From sequence record OQ828465.1: a stretch of DNA of 64,000 nucleotides; one strand, written 5' to 3'. Position numbers and translations under genes: made by a program. Below the pieces are notes generated by a model. That model was not told the DNA's origin, did not search any database, and worked only from the letters and a program-made list of their open reading frames with translations. Positions 32,239-47,462 of this stretch are shown here, in pieces (the first letter of the stretch is position 1; each line of letters starts with the position of its first letter).

Positions 32239-33756
32239 ATGAACTTAAATAAGTTACTTGATAGTTTAGAAGGTTATGGTGTTGTCGAAGTAAAAGAAAA
32301 AGTCGCGAAAGCCAAACTAAAGCACGCTGCTACAGACGACAAGCAAATATCTAAAGAACCAGAAGAAGCTGCCAAATTAATTGATGAATTACCAAATGAT
32401 GTAAAAGCAACTAATAATGGGTTAGATGTTGAAGAAGCACATAAACCTAATATCCATTGGAAATCAGATCGTGGTTTAGTTACTGAAGTTGATTCATTTG
32501 GTAAAACATACGTCGCATCAGAAGAATATCCAGCATCACCCCATGATACCCGAGAAAGTCCTGATAATAGACCTACACCAGTGGATGGTAAAGATTTAGA
32601 TAGTGATGATGATCATTTAAATATCTTTGCGTATGATGCACCTCCATCTCAAAACATGACATATCAGCTAAATCAATTACTGCATGCGCGTACTAGTTTA
32701 GAATGTTTTATAGATTTATTAAATACCGCTGGTGATAGAGGTATTACTAAACAATCAGCTGCTTTTATGCACGTTACATTAGAATCAATTGATAAGCTTA
32801 TCGGCTTTGAAAAGATTAGTATTGAAGATTTTAATGCAACCCCTAGCAGCGCTATGCGTTTTGTAAATATTTCTCAAGAAGAAATAAAAGAACGTATTGA
32901 AAGTATAGGTAAAAAGATACTTGCTTTAATAGTCCATGTTATTGAACAAGCTAAAGTAGCGGCACAGCGTGTACTAACTGGAATCAAATCAGTTGAAGAT
33001 AAAACTGATGAGTTAATTGAAAAAGCGAAAAGTTTAATCAATAAGCCAACTGTATCAAATGAAAGGGTAACACCTGATTTTGATATGTCAATTAAAATTG
33101 ACAATCCTAAAATGTTATTCATTGGTGATGAATTTGTTTTAGACGATTTAACTAATGAAACAAAAGTTAGTCAATTTCTAGCTAAAGAATGGCCAAATAT
33201 AGCTAGATCAAACATTGATAAAGTAGTTAAATTAATTAAAGACTACGACTTAGAAGATAATGAACTAGATAAGTTTAAAGAGGCTTTTGAATTTATTGGT
33301 GAAGCTAATCAGTTAGATAAAGTAAAAGATACTTCTCTACCTGGTAATAGTAAACTTATATTCCAGAAAGATAAATATGCTCCACGACTTGGTGAAGATA
33401 AACATGGTGATGGTCCAGATACAATCACGATCGAGCCAAGGCCGCCTGTTGAAGTGCGTAAAACATTAGAAGTTAATAAAGAAGCTATTCGTCGTTTAGG
33501 TGATCTATTTAAAGCTGAAAAAGATGTCCTTGAACAACTGAAGAAGGTTGCACAGGGCATTGAGGACATGGAGCTACGTAGGTCTAAAGCTATTTGGAAA
33601 GGTGCTCGTGATGATGCAAATGAGATTATATCTTTAGTTAATGGCTTTATTACCGATATGTCACCAGAATACGCAACACTAATTAGTTACCTATTACGTA
33701 TTGCAAAGCAACGAAATGCTGTTTGTAATATGGAATTAGAAAGATATGGCCAATAA
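32239..33756 (+). CDS. Internal head protein, paralog family (gp94-like)
   Basis: GITKQSAAFMHVTLESID motif. Confidence 0.8.
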   Translation: MNLNKLLDSLEGYGVVEVKEKVAKAKLKHAATDDKQISKEPEEAAKLIDELPNDVKATNNGLDVEEAHKPNIHWKSDRGLVTEVDSFGKTYVASEEYPASPHDTRESPDNRPTPVDGKDLDSDDDHLNIFAYDAPPSQNMTYQLNQLLHARTSLECFIDLLNTAGDRGITKQSAAFMHVTLESIDKLIGFEKISIEDFNATPSSAMRFVNISQEEIKERIESIGKKILALIVHVIEQAKVAAQRVLTGIKSVEDKTDELIEKAKSLINKPTVSNERVTPDFDMSIKIDNPKMLFIGDEFVLDDLTNETKVSQFLAKEWPNIARSNIDKVVKLIKDYDLEDNELDKFKEAFEFIGEANQLDKVKDTSLPGNSKLIFQKDKYAPRLGEDKHGDGPDTITIEPRPPVEVRKTLEVNKEAIRRLGDLFKAEKDVLEQLKKVAQGIEDMELRRSKAIWKGARDDANEIISLVNGFITDMSPEYATLISYLLRIAKQRNAVCNMELERYGQ

Positions 33757-33843
33757 ATATATCTAAGTGTTCATTTTTATCTAAGTACCTAATTCTATGG
33801 TTTATTGTTAAACGCGCGCAAAGAAATTCCTTGAGGAAATAAC

Positions 33844-35487
33844 ATGACATTTAAACTCAATGAGTATCTAGATAGTCTAGAAGACTATACTGAGGTACCT
33901 ATTCCTGAAACAGCAGTTGATAAAGTAGCAGCCATGACTAGTGGCGATTGTATTTCTGAAGACGCTGTACCTGAAAATACTATTCAAGATGTGACTGACA
34001 ATAATGTTGGTGTAACACCAACTGCACCAGTGGATGCAGATACCACTATTGTTAATACTCCTAATAATGGCGTTATTGTTGAGACTCCAGCTGCTACTCT
34101 AGTTGAACAACCAGCTGTACCAGTTACCGTAGTTGAAACAGATGTAGTAACAGAAGTACCCCCTATTCCTGAACAACCTAATATTGCTGTTGAAACAGTT
34201 ATTCCAGCAGGTGCCGAAGGAGAAGAACCACAAGGTGGTGAAACAGTAACTCAGCAAATCGCTGATCAGGCTGCCAAAGATAGTTCTATTCCACTAGCGC
34301 ATAATGGCGTGGTGCCACAGATCGCTGTTGCAGTGGATATGGATAAACCTACTGATTTCATGGACATTGGTAATGCACAAGTAGTTACTACAGCAGTGCA
34401 AGATATTAATCAAGGTCTAAATACCGCATATGCCCTAGAGTCGATTAAAGCTCTTGTTCGACAAGCTGGTATTAATGGTATCAGTCAAAGTACAGCTGCA
34501 TTTATTCATTCTGCACTCTTACCACATCGTCATGTACTTGGTGATAATACTTTAACTAGCTCATTAGAAAACTATACGACTGGTGGTAAAAGTCATTTAT
34601 ATCCAGTTAAGATTTCAACTGAGGATATTAAAGAGTTAAGTCGTAAGGCGCTTGCTTATATCAAGAAAGCTATTGCTAAACTACGTGAAATTATTAGCCA
34701 CGTATGGGATAGTCTTAAGAATAGTGTACCGCGTGTGAGTGTAAAAGTTGATGAACTCATTTTAGCTATCCAAAATGCTAAGTTTGAAAATATACCCAGT
34801 GAATTAACGGTTCCTGTTAAAAATGGTGGACCCGTATTTGCTAATGGTAAATTCATTCAGCCTTCAGCTAACGTTGGATATGGCCCTATCGTTAAATGGA
34901 TGGCATCTGTATATGCAAAAGACTATGCTACCTACCTAACGAATATTGGTACTGTGCTTAAAGCTTGGGATCCAGAGCGTAATGATGCTAGTGAACTAGT
35001 TGAGAAGATGGACAAACTTCAAGATGGACCTCTCAAACACTACGCTAGTACATCTAACACTTTACCGGGTAATAAGCTTGTAACTACGACTGCTACTCAA
35101 GTATATCTAACGGATGATGAGACAGCCGCAGAACCTGGCAATGAAGTGACTTTAAAGAACTTTGATAAGAGTCAAGCTAAGAAAGAAGCGGTAGCTCTAC
35201 GTAATCTGGTTGATGATGCAGCTGATGTTATCACTGGCGGTCGGAATATTGTTAAAGCCATTAAGCAACTTGAAGATGATGTTGATCAACTTTCACGGAA
35301 ACTAGAGAGTGATAAAATCGACGATGTTTCTAAAGAACAGATCGAAGAAGTATCACGTAAGGTAGCATCTATTATTACAGATAGTGCACCTAAACATGAC
35401 TCCATTATTCGTGAAGCAATGCGTTACGCAAATACTGCAACTGGACTTTATAATAGTGTAATTAACACTAAATTCCAAGCAGAATAA
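33844..35487 (+). CDS. Inner-body protein, paralog family (gp95-like)
   Basis: GISQSTAAFIH motif; SLED, ALES, SLEN sites. Confidence 0.8.
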   Translation: MTFKLNEYLDSLEDYTEVPIPETAVDKVAAMTSGDCISEDAVPENTIQDVTDNNVGVTPTAPVDADTTIVNTPNNGVIVETPAATLVEQPAVPVTVVETDVVTEVPPIPEQPNIAVETVIPAGAEGEEPQGGETVTQQIADQAAKDSSIPLAHNGVVPQIAVAVDMDKPTDFMDIGNAQVVTTAVQDINQGLNTAYALESIKALVRQAGINGISQSTAAFIHSALLPHRHVLGDNTLTSSLENYTTGGKSHLYPVKISTEDIKELSRKALAYIKKAIAKLREIISHVWDSLKNSVPRVSVKVDELILAIQNAKFENIPSELTVPVKNGGPVFANGKFIQPSANVGYGPIVKWMASVYAKDYATYLTNIGTVLKAWDPERNDASELVEKMDKLQDGPLKHYASTSNTLPGNKLVTTTATQVYLTDDETAAEPGNEVTLKNFDKSQAKKEAVALRNLVDDAADVITGGRNIVKAIKQLEDDVDQLSRKLESDKIDDVSKEQIEEVSRKVASIITDSAPKHDSIIREAMRYANTATGLYNSVINTKFQAE

Positions 35488-35506
35488 TGATAAGTGACGA
35501 CATATC

Positions 35507-35530
35507 GACGGGGCTCGGAAGAGTCCCGTC
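35507..35530 (+). terminator. Intrinsic terminator
   Basis: GACGGGGCTC-GGAA-GAGTCCCGTC. Confidence 0.8.
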
Positions 35531-35548
35531 TTATGTTAGGAGTTAGCA

Positions 35549-36664
35549 ATGGAATTAATTGATATTTATAAAGATACTCCAGATGAAATGATTATTGATC
35601 TTGATGAACCTAAAAGACTTGCAGATTTATTATCAGGCGATGAAGCGTTAGCTAGGCGAGTGATGGATCTATTAGGCGGTATGGAAGATTATAATCAGAT
35701 CCAAGGGGTTATCAAAGAATTAGAGGATGTTGTATCTACTGAAGATATTAGTGATACTATTAAACATGTTATTGATCGAGTTATAAAACTATTTGTTACC
35801 ACTATTGAGAAACTGATGGATAGTGGAGTAGTGCTAGCAGCTACTGCTGAATATGTTGCAATTCGAGCAGAAAACTTACGAGTTAACAGTCGTGCTAGAA
35901 CTCGTAAAAATAAGAATCCTACATTTCTAATTACAACTCGTATTCAGAACTTAAGTGTTAGATATAAACCTATTACCAATAGTGCTAATTTGTTATCTCA
36001 CTTACGCGTATTGGAGACAGTAGTTGATGGGTATATCAATGGATTAGACAATGTGATTCTAAGGCCAGCTAATATCATACCTTCGTATATGAATCCAAAT
36101 GCTAGTCCAGATGCTTTAGCAGAACTACTATTAAATAGTGCCCCAACTAAAATAACCACACCATCTGTTTATCGCGATCAAGGTAATCGATTTGTATCAT
36201 TGCATTTGCTAGGTAATCATCAAATTGTAATTAACTATAATCCCGATAAGAATGCAAGTGCTTATGATCAGTGTAGGGATATTTCTTCACGGTTAGTTCC
36301 ATCTGAAGAAACCCCTAGACCACTACCAGTCGAAATAGAATTTGAACATTTCAACCATCAAGTTACTGAAAGTATTATTGATCGAGTTGTTAAGGTAGTT
36401 GATAAGATCAATCGTGCAAATGCTGCATCAATGCGTACTCGTCGAAATGAACGGTTAAGGACTCTTAAAGGTGCATTAATCAGGTTTAGAGATGAACTAA
36501 CACGTGCTCGTAATGAAGGGCGACCTGATAGAGAAATACAAGAACTTGTTTCATTGGTAGAAACATATGTTGATTGGTTGGCTATTCCTTATCACGACCT
36601 ATTTAAATTAACATGTCGTAATTTGACTGCCATACTCAATGTATGCGATGAAAATCTAAAGTAA
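35549..36664 (+). CDS. Internal head protein (gp96-like)
   Basis: 371 aa; GMED and STED sites. Confidence 0.75.
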   Translation: MELIDIYKDTPDEMIIDLDEPKRLADLLSGDEALARRVMDLLGGMEDYNQIQGVIKELEDVVSTEDISDTIKHVIDRVIKLFVTTIEKLMDSGVVLAATAEYVAIRAENLRVNSRARTRKNKNPTFLITTRIQNLSVRYKPITNSANLLSHLRVLETVVDGYINGLDNVILRPANIIPSYMNPNASPDALAELLLNSAPTKITTPSVYRDQGNRFVSLHLLGNHQIVINYNPDKNASAYDQCRDISSRLVPSEETPRPLPVEIEFEHFNHQVTESIIDRVVKVVDKINRANAASMRTRRNERLRTLKGALIRFRDELTRARNEGRPDREIQELVSLVETYVDWLAIPYHDLFKLTCRNLTAILNVCDENLK

Positions 36665-36763
36665 GATTCCAGCGCAATATTTTGAATGTTAACGTTCGTC
36701 GCTTGGAGTTATGACTAAGACGAATAGCATAACTCATAAACTCTGTACAGAAGGTATATTAAC

Positions 36764-39214
36764 ATGATGGTAAATATTCACAAATATGTAGCCAGCCTTG
36801 AGAACCAAGATGGTACGGCTGTGGAACAGGATGTATCCAAAGTCGAGACATCTGTTAAAGATGATCATGAACTAGTTCAAGATTTAAAGAAAGATAATGA
36901 TGCATCTGCAACTATTGAGAATGAAACTGTTAAAACAGATACTGATATTATCTCTGCTGAAGAACATGAAGAAACAGCACATGCTGCTGATAAGTCAGCA
37001 GTAATTGTTGAAGAAGTTGTACCAGAAGAAACTGTTGTTGAGGAAAGTATTCCTGAACCGCTAGCTACCACTAGTGTCGAAGAAGGCGAAGAAGCAGTTA
37101 AAGTTGCTGAAGCTGAAATCGCTGAAGAAATCGGTACAATTTCTGAAGGCGGTAAAGAGGTTTTAGATTCAACCACTGAAATTATTGAAGCTGCACAAGA
37201 TGCGGCTGATGATACTGAACTAGTACCTGTTGCAGAAGCACCTGGTGAAACAGCAGTGGAATTAACCCCCACTGAAGAAACCCCACTTGGTGACGAAACT
37301 CCACCGCCTGCACCACTATCTGAGGAACTTCCAGCTGGTGATGAACCTGTTTCATCAACCATGGATACACTACCAGATGAAGTGTTAGATGCTGGTGAAG
37401 TTGTAAGTGAAGCAGTCCCTGGTATTGATGACGATGTAACTCCTGAAGAAGCCGGTGCTGAGCAAACAACTGCTGATGAAAGTTCCAATGATGAACCTGA
37501 GACAGAGATCACTGAAACAGAAGAAGTCGAAATTACTGAACCAGCTGTAGCTGATGCTGAAACAGAAGTTGTTGAAACCGTAGAAGATACGCCGGATACA
37601 ACTGATAGTGAAGTAGCTGAAGTAGTAGAGGCGGAATCTGAAAGTGTTCCTGCTGAAGCTGAACCAGATGAAATCGTAGCAGTTGATGAAGAAGTAGCTG
37701 TAACTGATCCAATTGTAGAAGAAGCTGCCGAAACAGCAGAAGTAGCTGAAGAAGGCTTAAGCGAATTGGAAGAAGTTCGGGATGAAGCTGAAGAAGAATT
37801 AACTAATGATGACAGTGATTCTACTGATGTATTAATCAATGAAGCTGAAACTGAAGAAACAGTTGCTGAAACCGAAACGGCATCTACTATTTCCGAACCA
37901 ACAATTGAAGAAGGTGCTGTTGAAGACGACAGTGAAACAATTGTTGCAGAAACAGATGATGACGTTTCAGAAGATGACATCGAAGAAAAGTTAGCTGAAG
38001 GTGAAATTGACATCCCGGATGTTGACGTAGAAGTAACTGAAGATGATGTTGAAGAAGCTGACGAGACTGCTGATGAGGCAGTTGAAGAAGCCGATAAGCT
38101 TGAAGATGACATTGAAGATGGTAAGAAAACCATTGGTCAATTACTTGAAGAGCAGGCATCAAATGAATCCATGCTTGAGATTCTACATTATGGCCTAGAA
38201 CATAAGCAATATAGTCCTCAGTTCATCGTACATGCTAATAGCTGTTTAGAACGCCTGCATAACGCCTTTGATGTCTATTCACCTGGTGTTCCAGCAATGG
38301 AAGATTATGGTTATGGTAATCTAGAAGATTACTATAAGGCGATGGTTACTTCGCTAGAATCATTTAATAGCACTATTGGTAAGTTTGTTCGAAATATTAT
38401 CGACAACATTGCTGAAGGTGCAAATGCATCCATCCATGTTAAAGCTAACCAAAAAGAACTAGCCGCAGCTAATACTAAAGCTGACCAACTTCTAGTTAAG
38501 CTTAAAGATACTGATAATTTTGAAAATAAAGAAATCAAAATTAATGGTATTCTAAAAGGTGATGATAATCTAGTACGCGGTGTTGCTGGAGAAGTTCGTC
38601 GTATTAGCGATATTATTAACAAATGCTTCAAAATCGATGGTGAATACATCGAACGTTTAGTTGGTCACCTATCAACTGCTATTGAAGCTGATAGTGAAGA
38701 AGCTATTGATAAGGCTCTAGAAGAAGCAACTAAATTAGAAGTACCTGTTAAGAAATATCCTGAGAGTTCATTTATCAGTGGAAAACTAGAAGGTAGTTTT
38801 ACCTTCGAGAAGTCTGGCCGTGATGTAACTGGTCGCACTAGTAAAGATATTGAACGATTAGCTGCTATTGCACTTCCAACTGGTGAATGGGGTGCTACCG
38901 GTACTGCTACTGCTAAAGTTAGCCGTAAGGACGTTACTGAACTAATGAAACTTTCTAAAGTTCTAATTGGTCTTGGTAATGCCTCTCTAAAAGTTAGCGG
39001 TAACCGCGGTGTACGTCGTCTTGACCAAGCTAACCGTGATATCTCTAAAGTGGCTAGCATGGATAGTAAAGCCGGTAAAAAGAAAGTCCGGCAACTAGCT
39101 AGTGCAGTATGGGAAGTTGTTGGCCAATCGGCTGAAAACCACACCGTTCTAGTTGATTACATTGTAGCTCTTACCAATGCAATTAACACTGCTGTGAATC
39201 GTGCCATTAAGTAA
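36764..39214 (+). CDS. Inner-body protein with very long acidic propeptide (gp97-like)
   Basis: 816 aa; ~450-aa E/D/T/V-rich region; SLEN, AMED, SLES sites. Confidence 0.8.
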   Translation: MMVNIHKYVASLENQDGTAVEQDVSKVETSVKDDHELVQDLKKDNDASATIENETVKTDTDIISAEEHEETAHAADKSAVIVEEVVPEETVVEESIPEPLATTSVEEGEEAVKVAEAEIAEEIGTISEGGKEVLDSTTEIIEAAQDAADDTELVPVAEAPGETAVELTPTEETPLGDETPPPAPLSEELPAGDEPVSSTMDTLPDEVLDAGEVVSEAVPGIDDDVTPEEAGAEQTTADESSNDEPETEITETEEVEITEPAVADAETEVVETVEDTPDTTDSEVAEVVEAESESVPAEAEPDEIVAVDEEVAVTDPIVEEAAETAEVAEEGLSELEEVRDEAEEELTNDDSDSTDVLINEAETEETVAETETASTISEPTIEEGAVEDDSETIVAETDDDVSEDDIEEKLAEGEIDIPDVDVEVTEDDVEEADETADEAVEEADKLEDDIEDGKKTIGQLLEEQASNESMLEILHYGLEHKQYSPQFIVHANSCLERLHNAFDVYSPGVPAMEDYGYGNLEDYYKAMVTSLESFNSTIGKFVRNIIDNIAEGANASIHVKANQKELAAANTKADQLLVKLKDTDNFENKEIKINGILKGDDNLVRGVAGEVRRISDIINKCFKIDGEYIERLVGHLSTAIEADSEEAIDKALEEATKLEVPVKKYPESSFISGKLEGSFTFEKSGRDVTGRTSKDIERLAAIALPTGEWGATGTATAKVSRKDVTELMKLSKVLIGLGNASLKVSGNRGVRRLDQANRDISKVASMDSKAGKKKVRQLASAVWEVVGQSAENHTVLVDYIVALTNAINTAVNRAIK

Positions 39215-39224
39215 CAAACATAAC

Positions 39225-39245
39225 GGGGAGCCTTCATGGCTCCCT
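39225..39245 (+). terminator. Intrinsic terminator
   Basis: GGGAGCC-TTCAT-GGCTCCC, then TTTT. Confidence 0.85.
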
Positions 39246-39279
39246 TTTATGCTGTTAGACCATGATCTTATGATCTTAA

Positions 39280-42335
<3,056 letters not shown>

Positions 42336-42339
42336 TACC

Positions 42340-44315
<1,976 letters not shown>

Positions 44316-44329
44316 TATTTAGGTGTATT

Positions 44330-44752
44330 ATGGAACAACTATTTATACGAGTTGATGTGAGGTGGTCACAACAATTCTTTTCTGAATTAAAACAATACTT
44401 TAATTATACCGCAAAAGATGAAGATGATCTTAACTACTTGATCATTCTTTATATTAAAGAACGACATAATTTCTTTTGGACATGTGTTCCAGATAGATAC
44501 AATGATGTAATGTGTAGTTTCTATAAATCAATTTGTGGTTATCCAATAAATCCTAATATCATTGCAAATAGATTTGATCAACTCTATCGTGAGATTATGA
44601 ATAGCTTATTACAAATAAAAGGTATTATCAAAGATATAGTTGCTGTTAAAACAAAAGAAGGGGATATCGAGGGATTCATTATACATTCTGAATCACTACC
44701 TAGGTCCTATCCAAGACCTACTAATTGGAAAGGTGTATTTGAAAGATCTTAA
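44330..44752 (+). CDS. Hypothetical protein
   Basis: Likely start ATG 44330 after AGGTG (the track's GTG 44306 lies inside the hairpin). Confidence 0.65.
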   Translation: MEQLFIRVDVRWSQQFFSELKQYFNYTAKDEDDLNYLIILYIKERHNFFWTCVPDRYNDVMCSFYKSICGYPINPNIIANRFDQLYREIMNSLLQIKGIIKDIVAVKTKEGDIEGFIIHSESLPRSYPRPTNWKGVFERS

Positions 44753-44764
44753 ACAGTATATTAC
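44749..44764 (+). promoter_or_regulatory. Early (virion RNAP) promoter
   Basis: TTAAACAG-TATATTAC, the established phiKZ early motif. Confidence 0.85.
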
Positions 44765-44791
44765 ACATATGAACTAATGTGGAGTATATAC

Positions 44792-44917
44792 ATGGAAAAC
44801 ATCCCTTTAAATAAACCTAAACAACCGGTAGTACCTGAAACATGGATAAAACTTCATCATGTGGTCGTGTTATTCATTCTCTCACTAATAGGAACTTTAA
44901 TCTTCAATGGTATTTAG
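44792..44917 (+). CDS. 41-aa C-terminal TM micro-protein (not in track)
   Basis: GGAG SD; MENIPLNKPKQPVVPETWIKLHHVVVLFILSLIGTLIFNGI. Confidence 0.65.
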   Translation: MENIPLNKPKQPVVPETWIKLHHVVVLFILSLIGTLIFNGI

Positions 44918-44925
44918 GAGGACAT

Positions 44926-45318
44926 ATGTCATTTATAATTGCTATATGTCTAGCAGTAATGGTAATAGGTATTTTTACTATTGGATCTAAAGTTAGAGCT
45001 TTATGGTATCTTATAAATGGTAAAACTTTAAATGAGCATAAGAAATGGCGCGCAGACTTCAATGAAGTAATTCAATGGCTTCATGAAGGTGCTTTCTTTA
45101 CTAAATCAGGTTTATTTAAAGATCAAGCTATCTCGATTAGATTGTGTGAGCTATCGCGCAGTAAGAAATTATTCCCAATGCTACGGCGTTCTAAGTTCGA
45201 AGTTATAACTGCTAAGGTATTTAGGGAAATAACTGGTGAGCCTTCAGAGTATAATTATTACTTGAAATTTAATAAGGCTTATATTGGCTTCTACAACGCT
45301 AATCCAGAAATCCAATAA
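44926..45318 (+). CDS. N-terminally membrane-anchored protein
   Basis: Likely start ATG 44926 after GGAGG; N-terminal TM helix. Confidence 0.7.
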   Translation: MSFIIAICLAVMVIGIFTIGSKVRALWYLINGKTLNEHKKWRADFNEVIQWLHEGAFFTKSGLFKDQAISIRLCELSRSKKLFPMLRRSKFEVITAKVFREITGEPSEYNYYLKFNKAYIGFYNANPEIQ

Positions 45319-45337
45319 GCCTGGAAATGCACCCAAT

Positions 45338-45373
45338 CTAATGAGAAGGTCTATGTTTTGATCTTCTCATTAG
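45338..45373 (+). terminator. Long hairpin
   Basis: CTAATGAGAAG...CTTCTCATTAG with TATG in the loop. Confidence 0.55.
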
Positions 45374-45398
45374 TACTCTTGTAGAAGGAGCCATTATC

Positions 45399-45887
45399 AT
45401 GGCTGAATTTATTATAGGTAAAGATATATTCAATGTACCTGGTGATCTTTATCTAATCACTGTTAATGTTGTTGGCGTCATGGGCGCTGGTTTAGCCAAA
45501 TCGTTTAAAGAAAAGTATCCTGAACTTTTTGAAAGATACAAACACGATTGCAAAAAGAGAATTATTACTATTGGTAATCCGGTTATTTACAAAGCATCCG
45601 ATGGTAAACGTTTCATGATGTTTCCTACTAAGGATAACTGGCGGAACCCATCTCAAATTAGTTTCATTGAACGTGGTCTAGAGTGGATGATGGAGAACGT
45701 ATCGGATTCTGCGGAAAATGAAGAAGACTGTATTCATCCAGATTGGAAAATTATCATACCACCTCTAGGGTGTGCTAATGGTGGATTAGATTTCTCTGAT
45801 GTTAGAACTATCATTGAAGATTGGTCTAATCACATGCCTAACCAGATTGTGGTTGTTTATCCACCGTGGATAGATTCATCGGTTTAA
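45399..45887 (+). CDS. Macrodomain protein, DarG/TARG1-like ADP-ribose hydrolase (gp104-like)
   Basis: VNVVGVMGAGLAKSFK, FPTKDNWRNPS, IPPLGCANGGL motifs. Confidence 0.88.
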   Translation: MAEFIIGKDIFNVPGDLYLITVNVVGVMGAGLAKSFKEKYPELFERYKHDCKKRIITIGNPVIYKASDGKRFMMFPTKDNWRNPSQISFIERGLEWMMENVSDSAENEEDCIHPDWKIIIPPLGCANGGLDFSDVRTIIEDWSNHMPNQIVVVYPPWIDSSV

Positions 45888-45892
45888 CATTG

Positions 45893-45912
45893 GCCTTCCC
45901 TCAGGGGAAGGC
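45893..45912 (+). terminator. Intrinsic terminator
   Basis: GCCTTCCC/GGGAAGGC, then TTTATG. Confidence 0.8.
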
Positions 45913-45934
45913 TTTATGTCGTATATTCAAACCA

Positions 45935-45952
45935 TTTTAAACAGTATATTAC
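45935..45952 (+). promoter_or_regulatory. Early (virion RNAP) promoter
   Basis: TTTTAAACAG-TATATTAC. Confidence 0.85.
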
Positions 45953-46010
45953 ATTTGTGACAATACTGTAAACATTATCATACAACTTAATGTAAATAGG
46001 TGGAAATAAA

Positions 46011-46457
46011 ATGGCAAAGACTAAAAAGCAGAAAGTGCAAGAGGCGATTACTCGTAAATTGATCAAGTTCTATAGTGATACATTTCCGGAGTTGATGAAA
46101 GCTATTGAAAACTGTGATAGCAGTGGCGAAGAGCATAACCTCCACAATGTATTTGATAATTATAAGAAAACCATTAAAATGGCAGAAGAAGCCAAGGTTG
46201 ACCTTAGTCTTTATGGAGTAAATTTAATTGACAAGGATACATACACGAGTCTTTTGTGGTTTATCGAAGGTTGCTATGTATGGGACATGATTAAAAAACT
46301 TAACAAAGCAAAATATGACAATGTTCCTGAACTGGCCAGAATTACACAATGGGATGAACTGGATGACGCAAAGAAACTTCAATTCAATAAAAGTCGAGAT
46401 TACATCATCAAACGACTGAAAGAAGTAACGACTTGTGAACATTTCAGAAACTATTAA
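46011..46457 (+). CDS. Hypothetical early protein
   Basis: 148 aa, ATAGG SD. Confidence 0.75.
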   Translation: MAKTKKQKVQEAITRKLIKFYSDTFPELMKAIENCDSSGEEHNLHNVFDNYKKTIKMAEEAKVDLSLYGVNLIDKDTYTSLLWFIEGCYVWDMIKKLNKAKYDNVPELARITQWDELDDAKKLQFNKSRDYIIKRLKEVTTCEHFRNY

Positions 46458-46491
46458 ATAGTTTTAATATTAGTAAATAGGAATATTTATT

Positions 46492-46830
46492 ATGAAATTC
46501 AATACGATTGCAAAAGGTGTATCTTTTCTTCTGGCCACTGCATCACTGGCTGGAACTGGGTATGTTATCTACAAGAAGGCTAAAGAGACTAAAGCCAACT
46601 TTGACAAACTCATGGGTTTCAGGGATCAGTTTAAAAGTATTTCAAAAGAGTATGGTGAATCAGATGAGTTCATGATGTTCGTCAATGCTGCAATGACTGA
46701 GACAATGGATAGTGCTGTTGCTGAGAGCAATATTGAAAAACATCGACTGGATGTAATTCGTGATAAGCTGTCGACCATTTATGGTGATGATTATACGAAT
46801 CAAGTATTCGATACAGTTCGTAAGATGTGA
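46492..46830 (+). CDS. N-terminally anchored helical protein (paralog cluster)
   Basis: 112 aa, N-terminal hydrophobic helix followed by KK. Confidence 0.75.
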   Translation: MKFNTIAKGVSFLLATASLAGTGYVIYKKAKETKANFDKLMGFRDQFKSISKEYGESDEFMMFVNAAMTETMDSAVAESNIEKHRLDVIRDKLSTIYGDDYTNQVFDTVRKM

Positions 46831-46839
46831 AAATGGATA

Positions 46840-46856
46840 GGGCCTCATTGAGGCCC
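46840..46856 (+). terminator. Hairpin
   Basis: GGGCCTCA-T-TGAGGCCC. Confidence 0.6.
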
Positions 46857-46937
46857 CATTCAAATATAATTACAATAATAAAATTATATTTGAATGAGTT
46901 TGTTAAATCTTAAATTAATGTAAAAAGGAAAATACAA

Positions 46938-47099
46938 ATGAATATTGATAAAGTTAAACTTCAAAAACTTATCGCAGATGTACCTGAGGCACCTAAACCT
47001 AAGAAGATCGTAAATGTCATCACCAAATATGCGGAGATAGCATTAGGAGTATATGTTGGTATTGTAATAGCTAAACGTGTTCTAAATATCAAGTTTTAA
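46938..47099 (+). CDS. 53-aa protein with C-terminal TM helix (not in track)
   Basis: AAGGA SD; MNIDKVKLQKLIADVPEAPKPKKIVNVITKYAEIALGVYVGIVIAKRVLNIKF. Confidence 0.7.
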   Translation: MNIDKVKLQKLIADVPEAPKPKKIVNVITKYAEIALGVYVGIVIAKRVLNIKF

Positions 47100-47144
47100 T
47101 ATAATCGAAATAAATCTACATTCATTAACTAATAGGATATTATC

Positions 47145-47462
47145 ATGCTTTCCATTATCGGCAATGTTGTAAAAACTGGTCTCATGCTGGCCGGCACCAT
47201 CTACGTGTTCGAAGTCGGTGTGACTGTTTATAATGAAATTAAATTAGAAAAGAATATCCGTGAAAAAGTAAAGGGCTATTCTGAGCATATCAAAACTAAT
47301 TCAGATAATTGCACCGTGGAAGTAATGGCGGACTTAATTGAAGCAGAGCTTATGGATGTCATTAATGATGGATTGAATATGTTTAACACCATCAGTGATA
47401 AACATCGAATTAAATCAAAAATCCGTAACTGGATTAAGGATGCAATTAACAATGAACTCTAA
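47145..47462 (+). CDS. N-terminally anchored helical protein (paralog cluster)
   Basis: 105 aa. Confidence 0.75.
   Translation: MLSIIGNVVKTGLMLAGTIYVFEVGVTVYNEIKLEKNIREKVKGYSEHIKTNSDNCTVEVMADLIEAELMDVINDGLNMFNTISDKHRIKSKIRNWIKDAINNEL

Noticed and set aside
36877-38133. 418-aa Ser-rich minus-strand ORF (also 37182, 37887, 38332, 38665)
   Set aside because: Antisense shadow of the GAA/GAT/ACT-rich gp97-like gene; composition is the reverse complement of acidic codons
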